Of a DNA stretch of 64,000 nucleotides, positions 11,501 through 19,519 are shown piece by piece (positions within the stretch are counted from its first letter, which is position 1; every line of letters starts with the position of its first letter). The notes beneath the pieces were generated by a model. It worked only from the letters and a program-made list of their open reading frames with translations. It did not search any database and was not told the origin of the DNA. Position numbers and translations under genes: made by a program. The stretch lies in assembly GCF_003334315.1 (NCBI RefSeq), contig NZ_QOWR01000009.1; one strand, given 5' to 3'. The DNA is from Escherichia coli. Lineage in GTDB: Bacteria; Pseudomonadota; Gammaproteobacteria; Enterobacterales; Enterobacteriaceae.

Positions 11501-12207
11501 GACTAAAAGGGCTAAAAAAAGATGCTACTCAGGTGAGCAAAAACCTGCTCCCGCGTCTTGAAACGGCCCTACGTACCACCCGACGCTGGTCGCTGGCAGA
11601 TTTTCATTCTCTGTTTGTTAATCATCCCTTTACCCGTCTGGTTACCCAGCGATTAATATGGGGGGTTTATCCGGCAAATGAACCGCGTTGTTTACTCAAA
11701 GCCTTTCGTGTGGCCGCAGAGGGGGAGTTCTGCAATGCGCAAGATGAGCCAATTGACCTGCCTGCGGACGCTCTGATTGGCATTGCCCACCCGTTAGAAA
11801 TGACAGCAGAAATGCGCAGTGAATTTGCACAGCTTTTTGCCGATTACGAAATTATGCCGCCTTTTCGCCAGTTGTCGCGCCGCACGGTGCTGCTCACACC
11901 TGACGAGTCAACCAGTAACAGCCTGACTCGCTGGGAAGGTAAATCCGCTACCGTTGGGCAACTTATGGGAATGCGATACAAAGGCTGGGAGTCAGGCTAT
12001 GAGGACGCATTTGTCTATAACCTGGGTGAGTACCGGCTGGTCCTTAAGTTTTCACCCGGTTTTAACCACTACAATGTTGATAGCAAAGCGCTAATGAGCT
12101 TCCGTTCTCTTCGAGTGTACCGTGACAATAAATCCGTCACTTTTGCCGAACTTGATGTGTTTGATTTGAGTGAGGCGTTAAGCGCACCTGACGTCATTTT
12201 CCATTAA
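8575..12207 (+). CDS. yehI: Large uncharacterised protein YehI (1210 aa), paralogue of YehH lacking the WGR N-terminus
   Basis: ORF 8575..12207, 1210 aa; extensive colinear similarity with YehH (e.g. DLRLRKHLSLAEES..., SPPWRSKKK, FAWDLFTAWQQAGAP, FDFGPRQFTV, FAQLFADYEIMPPFRQL). Confidence 0.85.
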   Translation: MDKELPWLADNAQLELKYKKGKTPLSHRRWPGEPVSVITGSLIQTLGDELLQKAEKKKNIVWRYENFSLEWQSAITQAINLIGEHKPSIPDRTMAALACIAQNDSQQLLDEIVQQEGLEYATEVVIARQFIARCYESDPLVVTLQYQDEDYGYGYRSETYNEFDLRLRKHLSLAEESCWQRCADKLIAALPGITKVRRPFIALILPEKPEIANELVGLECPRTHFHSKEWLKVVANDPTAVRKLEHYWSQDIFSDREASYMSHENHFGYAACAALLREQGLAAIPRLAMYAHKEDCGSLLVQINHPQVIRTLLLVADKNKPSLQRVAKYHKNFPHATLAALAELLALTEPPARPGYPIIEDKKLPAQQKARDEYWRTLLQTLMASQPQLAAEVMPWLSTQPQSVLKSYLSAPPKPVIDGTDNSNLPEILVSPPWRSKKKMTAPRLDLAPLELTPQVYWQPGEQERLAATEPARYFSTESLAQRMEQKSGRVVLQELGFGDDVWLFLNYILPGKLDAARNSLFVQWHYYQGRVEEILNGWNSPEAQLAEQALRSGHIEALINIWENDNYSHYRPEKSVWNLYLLAQLPREMALTFWLRINEKKHLFAGEDYFLSILGLDALPGLLLAFSHRPKETFPLILNFGATELALPVAHVWRRFAAQRDLARQWILQWPEHTASALIPLVFTKPSDNSEAALLALRLLYEQGHGELLQTVANRWQRTDVWSALEQLLKQGPMDIYPARIPKAPDFWHPQMWSRPRLITNNQTVTNDALEIIGEMLRFTQGGRFYSGLEQLKTFCQPQTLTAFAWDLFTAWQQAGAPAKDNWAFLALSLFGDESTARDLTTQILAWPQEGKSARAVSGLNILTLMNNDMALIQLHHISQRAKSRPLRDNAAEFLQVVAENRGLSQEELADRLVPTLGLDDPQALSFDFGPRQFTVRFDENLNPVIFDQQNVRQKSVPRLRADDDQLKAPEALARLKGLKKDATQVSKNLLPRLETALRTTRRWSLADFHSLFVNHPFTRLVTQRLIWGVYPANEPRCLLKAFRVAAEGEFCNAQDEPIDLPADALIGIAHPLEMTAEMRSEFAQLFADYEIMPPFRQLSRRTVLLTPDESTSNSLTRWEGKSATVGQLMGMRYKGWESGYEDAFVYNLGEYRLVLKFSPGFNHYNVDSKALMSFRSLRVYRDNKSVTFAELDVFDLSEALSAPDVIFH

Positions 12208-12267
12208 AACACAGCGGGCAGTGATGCAACTGCCCGTTATCAACACGACTTACCAGCGGGGAAAGCG

Positions 12268-12585
12268 ATGATCGTGCAAAAAGAGCTGGTTGCTATTTAC
12301 GATTATGAGGTCCCTGTACCTGAAGATCCGTTTTCCTTCAGACTTGAGATCCATAAATGCTCTGAATTATTTACAGGTTCCGTCTATCGACTGGAGCGAT
12401 TCCGGCTACGTCCAACATTTCATCAACGTGATCGAGAAGATGCTGACCCGCTAATAAATGATGCGTTGATTTATATAAGAGATGAGTGTATTGATGAGCG
12501 GAAATTACGAGGTGAATCACCTGAAACTGTAATAGCAATTTTTAATCGTGAACTACAGAATATATTCAACCAAGAAATAGAATAA
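12268..12585 (+). CDS. yehK: Small uncharacterised protein YehK (105 aa)
   Basis: ORF 12268..12585 preceded by RBS-like gggaaagcg; AT-richer than flanking genes. Confidence 0.65.
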   Translation: MIVQKELVAIYDYEVPVPEDPFSFRLEIHKCSELFTGSVYRLERFRLRPTFHQRDREDADPLINDALIYIRDECIDERKLRGESPETVIAIFNRELQNIFNQEIE

Positions 12586-12662
12586 TATACTCTAAATAAT
12601 TCAAATTGGTCCGATCCGGCGCACCGTCCCAATGGCCTGGATTATAAATCTCATTATCTTAA

Positions 12663-12691
12663 TTGCAACGGGGTCCAGCCGTGGTTATAAT
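12663..12691 (+). promoter_or_regulatory. Near-consensus sigma70-type promoter (TTGCAA - 17 bp - TATAAT)
   Basis: -35 ttgcaa 12663-12668, 17-bp spacer, perfect -10 tataat 12686-12691. Confidence 0.4.
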
Positions 12692-12756
12692 TCGTTCGTT
12701 GGAACACGATGTTGCACAGGCTGTGGTGTTAGGCCTGAAAATAGTAAATAAAAGAA

Positions 12757-12781
12757 CCTGCCTCACCAGCAGGTTTTTTTA
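12757..12781 (+). terminator. Intrinsic terminator in yehK-yehL intergenic region
   Basis: Stem cctgc / gcagg with loop ctcacca (12757-12773) followed by 8 T (12774-12781). Confidence 0.5.
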
Positions 12782-12891
12782 TTTACTGTGATCTGCTTTC
12801 CAGATATTTTTCGCTCAAACAACTAATGCGCCAAACATTTATTGCGCGTAAAATATCGTTTATTTCATTAATACATTTCAGGGATGAATAT

Positions 12892-13979
12892 ATGTCACCG
12901 CAGAATAATCATCTGCAGCGTCCGCCTGCTGCTGTGTTATACGCCGATGAACTGGCAAAATTAAAACAAAATGATAACGCACCTTGCCCGCCCGGTTGGC
13001 AGTTAAGTTTGCCTGCGGCCCGTGCTTTTATCCTTGGCGACGAAGCGCAAAATATCAGCCGTAAAGTGGTGATTAGCCCCTCCGCTGTCGAACGTATGTT
13101 AGTCACTCTTGCTACCGGCCGCGGTTTGATGTTGGTGGGGGAACCGGGTACCGCAAAATCTCTTCTTTCTGAATTACTGGCAACCGCTATTAGCGGCGAT
13201 GCCGGGTTAACCATCCAGGGCGGGGCATCTACCACCGAAGATCAAATCAAGTATGGCTGGAACTACGCCCTGCTTATCAATCATGGTCCGTCAACGGAAG
13301 CGCTGGTCCCTGCCCCGCTTTATCAGGGAATGCGCGACGGCAAAATCGTCCGTTTCGAAGAGATAACGCGTACACCGCTGGAAGTGCAGGACTGTCTGTT
13401 AGGTATGCTTTCTGACAGGGTGATGACGGTGCCGGAACTCACTGGTGAAGCCAGTCAGCTCTATGCGCGAGAAGGCTTTAATATTATTGCCACTGCCAAT
13501 ACCCGCGATCGCGGCGTCAATGAAATGAGTGCTGCGCTAAAGCGTCGCTTCGATTTTGAAACGGTTTTTCCGATTATGGATTTCGCCCAGGAGTTGGAAC
13601 TGGTCGCCAGTGCTTCGGCGCGTTTGCTGGCCCATAGCGGTATTCCGCATAAAGTGCCTGACGCGGTACTGGAATTACTGGTCCGCACCTTCCGCGATCT
13701 GCGTGCCAACGGCGAAAAGAAAACGTCAATGGATACACTGACAGCGATTATGTCCACCGCTGAAGCCGTGAACGTGCCCATGCTGTGGGCGTCCGCGCCT
13801 GGTTTTTAGCGAATCGCGCGGGGGAGCCTGCCGACCTGGTGGAATGTATTGCCGGAACCATCGTCAAAGATAACGAAGAAGATCGCGCGCGTCTGCGCCG
13901 TTACTTCGAACAGCGTGTCGCCACACATAAAGAAGCTCACTGGCAGGCTTATTATCAAGCCCGCCACCGCCTGCCGTGA
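12892..13979 (+). pseudogene. yehL: MoxR-type AAA+ ATPase YehL, disrupted by apparent 1-nt deletion (frame A ends at TAG 13807-13809; remainder continues in -1 frame to 13979)
   Basis: ORF 12826..13809 trimmed to MSPQNNH at 12892; Walker A LVGEPGTAKS (~13138-13161). The -1 frame is open from 13764 to TGA 13977-13979; joined length equals 362 codons, matching my recollection of K-12 YehL. T5 run at 13803-13807 is the likely indel site. Confidence 0.6.
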
Positions 13980-13989
13980 GGAAAGATGC

Positions 13990-16269
13990 ATGAGCGAGCC
14001 GTTAATTGTCGGCATCCGGCATCATAGTCCGGCCTGCGCCCGGCTGGTGAAATCGTTAATCGAAAGCCAGCGGCCACGATACGTGTTGATTGAAGGCCCG
14101 GCTGATTTTAATGACCGGGTAGACGAACTGTTTTTAGCCCACCAGCTTCCGGTAGCTATTTACAGTTATTGCCAGTATCAGGACGGTGCAGCCCCCGGGC
14201 GTGGTGCCTGGACGCCATTTGCTGAATTTTCGCCGGAGTGGCAGGCGCTACAAGCCGCACGTCGCATTCAGGCACAAACTTACTTCATCGATTTGCCTTG
14301 CTGGGCGCAGAGTGAAGAAGAGGACGATTCGCCTGATACGCAAGATGAAAGCCAGGCCTTACTGCTGCGTGCCACCCGCATGGATAACAGCGATACCCTG
14401 TGGGATCACTTGTTCGAAGATGAAAGCCAGCAAACTGCATTACCCTCTGCGCTGGCGCACTATTTTGCCCAACTGCGGGGCGACGCCTCCGGCGATGCGC
14501 TCAATCGTCAGCGCGAAGCCTTTATGGCCCGCTGGATTGGATGGGCGATGCAGCAAAATAATGGCGACGTGTTAGTTGTCTGCGGTGGCTGGCACGCTCC
14601 GGCACTGGCAAAGATGTGGCGCGAATGCCCTCAGAAAATTAACAAGCCAGAATTGCCCTCGCTGGCAGATGCCGTTACAGGTTGTTATCTCACACCCTAC
14701 AGTGAAAAGCGCCTTGATGTGCTGGCAGGATACCTTTCAGGAATGCCTGCCCCGGTATGGCAAAACTGGTGCTGGCAGTGGGGCTTGCAGAAGGCCGGTG
14801 AACAACTGCTAAAAACTATCCTTACCCGTTTGCGCCAGCACAAATTGCCCGCTTCTACCGCGGATATGGCTGCCGCTCATCTGCATGCGATGGCGCTGGC
14901 ACAGTTGCGCGGTCATACACTACCGTTACGCACTGACTGGCTGGATGCCATAGCAGGCTCGCTGATTAAAGAAGCCCTGAACGCGCCGTTGCCGTGGAGC
15001 TATCGCGGCGTTATTCATCCCGATACCGATCCGATTCTGCTAACGTTGATAGACACATTAGCGGGTGACGGATTCGGTAAACTTGCCCCTTCTACGCCAC
15101 AACCGCCTCTGCCAAAAGATGTCACCTGCGAACTGGAACGTACCGCAATCTCCCTTCCGGCGGAGCTTACCTTAAATCGCTTTACCCCCGATGGGCTGGC
15201 GCAAAGTCAGGTGTTACATCGGCTGGCAATACTGGAGATCCCTGGGATTGTACGCCAGCAGGGAAGTACACTGACACTTGCAGGCAACGGTGAAGAACGC
15301 TGGAAATTAACCCGCCCGCTTAGCCAGCATGCGGCATTGATTGAGGCCGCCTGTTTTGGTGCCACACTCTAGGAAGCCGCACGCAATAAATTAGAAGCCG
15401 ATATGCTGGACGCGGGCGGAATCGGCAGTATCACCACATGTCTTAGCCAGGAGGCGTTAGCGGGTCTGGCGTCCTTCAGTCAACAATTACTGGAGCAACT
15501 CACACTATTAATCGCCCAGGAAAATCAATTTGCCGAAATGGGCCAGGCGCTGGAAGTGCTTTATGCCTTATGGCGGCTGGATGAAATTAGCGGTATGCAA
15601 GGCGCGCAGATATTACAAACGACGTTATGCGCGACTATCGATCGCACGCTGTGGCTGTGTGAATCTAACGGCAGACCGGATGAAAAGGAGTTTCACGCTC
15701 ACCTGCATAGCTGGCAAGCGCTTTGCCATATTCTGCGCGATCTACATAGCGGCGTTAATTTACCCGGCGTTTCTCTTTCTGCGGCGGTAGCCTTACTGGA
15801 GCGACGCAGTCAGGCAATTCATGCCCCGGCGCTGGATCGCGGCGCGGCTCTTGGCGCACTAATGCGTCTGGAACATCCCAACGCCAGTGCCGAAGCGGCG
15901 CTGACGATGCTGGCGCAGTTATCCCCGGCACAATCTGGTGAGGCGCTGCACGGTTTGCTGGCGCTGGCCCGCCATCAACTGGCCTGTCAGCCGGCATTTA
16001 TCGCCGGTTTCAGCAGTCATTTAAATCAACTGAGTGAAGCCGATTTTATTAACGCCCTGCCCGATTTACGCGCGGCGATGGCCTGGCTACCACCACGAGA
16101 ACGCGGGACGCTGGCGCATCAGGTGCTTGAGCATTATCAACTGGCGCAACTTCCCGTTTCGGCGCTGCAAATGCCGTTGCATTGTCCACCACAGGCCATT
16201 GCACATCATCAACAACTCGAACAGCAGGCACTGGCATCGCTGCAAAACTGGGGAGTTTTCCATGTCTGA
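13990..16269 (+). pseudogene. yehM: Large uncharacterised protein YehM with in-frame amber codon (TAG 15370-15372); two ORF halves 13990..15372 and 15373..16269 in the same frame
   Basis: ORFs 13849..15372 and 15403..16269 are in the same reading frame separated only by TAG; read-through length 759 codons equals my recollection of K-12 YehM. Start at MSEPLIVGIRHHSP (13990). Confidence 0.6.
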
Positions 16270-17398
16270 ACTGAACGATCTTCTGACCACCCGTGAGCTA
16301 CAACGCTGGCGATTAATTCTTGGCGAAGCGGCAGAAACGACGCTTTGTGGGCTGGATGACAACGCCCGGCAGATAGACCACGCGCTGGAGTGGCTGTATG
16401 GGCGCGATCCTGAACGGCTCCAGCGTGGTGAACGTTCCGGTGGATTAGGTGGCTCAAATCTCACCACCCCTGAGTGGATCAACAGTATTCACACGCTGTT
16501 TCCGCAGCAGGTGATTGAGCGGCTGGAAAGCGATGCCGTGCTGCGCTACGGCATTGAAGATGTGGTGACGAATCTCGACGTGCTGGAACGTATGCAGCCT
16601 TCTGAAAGCCTGCTACGCGCTGTTTTGCACACCAAACATCTGATGAACCCCGAAGTACTGGCTGCCGCCCGCCGGATAGTGTGCCAGGTTGTTGAAGAAA
16701 TTATGGCTCGACTGGCAAAGGAAGTTCGTCAGGCTTTTTCTGGTGTCCGCGATCGCCGTCGCCGTTCATTTATTCCACTGGCGCGAAACTTTGATTTCAA
16801 AAGTACTCTGCGCGCCAACCTGCAACACTGGCACCCGCAACACGGCAAGTTGTATATCGAATCCCCCCGCTTTAACAGCCGCATTAAACGCCAAAGCGAA
16901 CAATGGCAACTGGTCTTACTGGTTGATCAAAGCGGATCGATGGTCGATTCGGTGATCCACTCTGCGGTGATGGCGGCCTGTTTGTGGCAGTTACCCGGCA
17001 TTCGTACCCATCTGGTGGCGTTTGACACAAGCGTCGTTGATCTCACGGCAGACGTTGCCGATCCGGTAGAGTTATTAATGAAAGTACAGTTGGGCGGCGG
17101 GACCAATATCGCCAGTGCCGTGGAGTATGGTCGGCAACTTATTGAACAACCAGCGAAAAGCGTCATTATCCTCGTGAGCGATTTTTACGAAGGGGGTTCA
17201 TCATCATTACTGACGCATCAGGTGAAAAAGTGTGTCCAGAGCGGCATCAAAGTGCTGGGACTGGCAGCGCTCGATAGCACCGCAACACCTTGCTATGACC
17301 GCGATACGGCCCAGGCGCTGGTTAATGTCGGCGCACAAATAGCCGCCATGACGCCGGGCGAGCTGGCATCATGGCTTGCGGAGAATCTTCAGTCATGA
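16262..17398 (+). CDS. yehP: von Willebrand factor A (vWA) domain protein YehP (378 aa)
   Basis: ORF trimmed to MSELNDLLTTRELQRW at 16262 (ATG 8 nt upstream of the yehM stop); MIDAS-like motif DQSGS (~16925-16939). Confidence 0.88.
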   Translation: MSELNDLLTTRELQRWRLILGEAAETTLCGLDDNARQIDHALEWLYGRDPERLQRGERSGGLGGSNLTTPEWINSIHTLFPQQVIERLESDAVLRYGIEDVVTNLDVLERMQPSESLLRAVLHTKHLMNPEVLAAARRIVCQVVEEIMARLAKEVRQAFSGVRDRRRRSFIPLARNFDFKSTLRANLQHWHPQHGKLYIESPRFNSRIKRQSEQWQLVLLVDQSGSMVDSVIHSAVMAACLWQLPGIRTHLVAFDTSVVDLTADVADPVELLMKVQLGGGTNIASAVEYGRQLIEQPAKSVIILVSDFYEGGSSSLLTHQVKKCVQSGIKVLGLAALDSTATPCYDRDTAQALVNVGAQIAAMTPGELASWLAENLQS

Positions 17399-19395
17399 AT
17401 TCACTACGTCCGGAATTATTAGAACTGACACCGCAGGCCCTGACGGCGTTAAGCAATGCCGGTTTTGTTAAGCGCAGTCTTAAGGAACTGGAAAATGGCA
17501 ACGTCCCGGAGATCAGCCATGAGAACGACGCTTTAATCGCCACCTTCAGTGACGGTGTCCGTACCCAGCTGGCGAACGGCCAGGCACTGAAAGAGGCTCA
17601 GTGCAGTTGCGGGGCCAACGGTATGTGCCGTCATCGCGTGATGCTGGTGTTAAGTTATCAACGACTTTGTGCCACCACTCAGTCTACGGAAAAAGAAGAA
17701 GAGTGGGATCCGGCAATCTGGCTGGAAGAACTGGCTACCCTTCCCGATGCTACCCGCAAACGCGCACAGGCGCTGGTCGCTAAAGGCATCACCATTGAGT
17801 TGTTCTGTGCGCCGGGTGAAATTCCCTCTGCCCGCTTACCGATGAGCGATGTGCGTTTTTATTCCCGCAGCAGTATTCGTTTCGCCCGTTGTGATTGTAT
17901 TGAAGGCACACTTTGCGAACATGTCGTACTGGCGGTACAGGCCTTCGTCGAGGCCAAAGCGCAGCAAGCAGAATTTAACCATTTAATCTGGCAGATGCGC
18001 AGCGAACACGTCACATCATCTGACGATCCGTTTGCCAGCGAAGAAGGCAACGCGTGTCGTCAATATGTTCAGCAATTAAGCCAGACATTATGGCTTGGCG
18101 GCATCAGCCAGCCGCTCATCCATTACGAGGCAGCATTCAACCGCGCATTGCAGGCGGCAGAGACCTGCAACTGGCGCTGGGTGAGTGAATCGCTACGGCA
18201 ACTGCGCGCCAGCGTTGATGCCTTCCACGCCCGCGCCAGCCACTATAATGCCGGAGAATGCTTACATCAGCTTGCGGCATTAAACAGTCGATTAAATTGC
18301 GCACAAGAGATGGCCCGGCGCGACAGTATTGGTGAAGTTCCTCCTGTGCCGTGGCGCACGGTCGTTGGCTCTGGCATTGCCGGAGAAGCAAAGCTTGATC
18401 ATCTGCGGCTGGTGTCTTTAGGTATGCGTTGCTGGCAGGATATTGAGCATTATGGTTTACGCATCTGGTTTACCGATCCCGACACCGGCAGTATTTTGCA
18501 CCTTTCGCGCAGTTGGCCGCGAAGTGAACAGGAAAACTCACCGGCAGCTACGCGTCGGCTGTTTAGTTTTCAGGCTGGCGCACTGGCGGGCGGGCAAATT
18601 GTTTCACAAGCAGCAAAACGCAGTGCCGATGGCGAGCTGCTGTTAGCTACCCGCAACCGCTTAAGCAGCGTTGTGCCGCTGTCGCCTGATGCCTGGCAAA
18701 TGTTGAGCGCGCCGTTACGCCAGCCGGGCATTGTGGCTTTGCGGGAATATTTACGCCAGCGTCCCCCCGCCTGCATACGGCCTCTTAATCAGGTCGATAA
18801 CTTATTTATTCTGCCGGTCGCTGAGTGTATTTCGCTCGGTTGGGACAGCAGCCGCCAGACGCTGGATGCGCAGGTCATTAGCGGCGAAGGGGAAGATAAT
18901 GTGCTGACGTTATCATTACCAGCCTCAGCCAGCGCACCTTATGCCGTTGAACGCATGGCGGTGCTTTTGCAACAAACAGACGACCCCGTGTGTCTGGTTT
19001 CTGGCTTTGTCAGTTTTGTTGAAGGGCAATTGACACTGGAACCACGGGTGATGATGACAAAAACCCGTGCCTGGGCGCTGGACGCAGAAACTACGCCTGT
19101 GGCACCGCTACCTTCTGCCAGCGTTTTGCCTGTGCCGTCTACTGCTCATCAGTTGCTGATACGCTGCCAGGCGTTACTTATTCAACTGCTCCATAACGGC
19201 TGGCGCTATCAGGAACAGAGTGCTATTGGTCAGGCAGAGTTGCTGGCGAATGACCTCACCGCGGTGGGTTTTTATCGGCTGGCACATGTGTTGGGACAAT
19301 TTCGTAATACAGAAAGCGAGGCACGGGTAGAAGCAATGAATAACGGTGTTTTGCTTTGCGAACAATTATTCCCCATGCTTCAGCAACAAGGATGA
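17395..19395 (+). CDS. yehQ: SWIM zinc-finger protein YehQ
   Basis: ORF trimmed to MNSLRPELLEL at 17395 (ATGA overlap with yehP stop); two CxCx5CxH motifs: CSCGANGMCRH and CDCIEGTLCEH. Confidence 0.85.
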   Translation: MNSLRPELLELTPQALTALSNAGFVKRSLKELENGNVPEISHENDALIATFSDGVRTQLANGQALKEAQCSCGANGMCRHRVMLVLSYQRLCATTQSTEKEEEWDPAIWLEELATLPDATRKRAQALVAKGITIELFCAPGEIPSARLPMSDVRFYSRSSIRFARCDCIEGTLCEHVVLAVQAFVEAKAQQAEFNHLIWQMRSEHVTSSDDPFASEEGNACRQYVQQLSQTLWLGGISQPLIHYEAAFNRALQAAETCNWRWVSESLRQLRASVDAFHARASHYNAGECLHQLAALNSRLNCAQEMARRDSIGEVPPVPWRTVVGSGIAGEAKLDHLRLVSLGMRCWQDIEHYGLRIWFTDPDTGSILHLSRSWPRSEQENSPAATRRLFSFQAGALAGGQIVSQAAKRSADGELLLATRNRLSSVVPLSPDAWQMLSAPLRQPGIVALREYLRQRPPACIRPLNQVDNLFILPVAECISLGWDSSRQTLDAQVISGEGEDNVLTLSLPASASAPYAVERMAVLLQQTDDPVCLVSGFVSFVEGQLTLEPRVMMTKTRAWALDAETTPVAPLPSASVLPVPSTAHQLLIRCQALLIQLLHNGWRYQEQSAIGQAELLANDLTAVGFYRLAHVLGQFRNTESEARVEAMNNGVLLCEQLFPMLQQQG

Positions 19396-19519
19396 AATAG
19401 TGCTTTTTACTAAGAGTTCTACTCCAGTTCCGGACTGCTCACGCCACGGTATTAGGCATATCCTATATAGCCCCTGGTGAGAGTCACCAGTTCCTTGATT
19501 AAATAAAATGGAGTTTTAC

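Noticed and set aside
13849-13989. N-terminal extension of the yehM ORF (start at 13849)
   Set aside because: Would overlap the yehL C-terminal region by ~130 nt; the internal ATG at 13990 gives a conventional start (MSEPLIVG...) right after the yehL stop.
16034-16261. N-terminal extension of the yehP ORF (start at 16034)
   Set aside because: The extension is an alternative frame of the yehM 3' end and is Cys/Arg/His-rich junk; ATG at 16262 overlapping the yehM stop gives the expected 378-aa protein.
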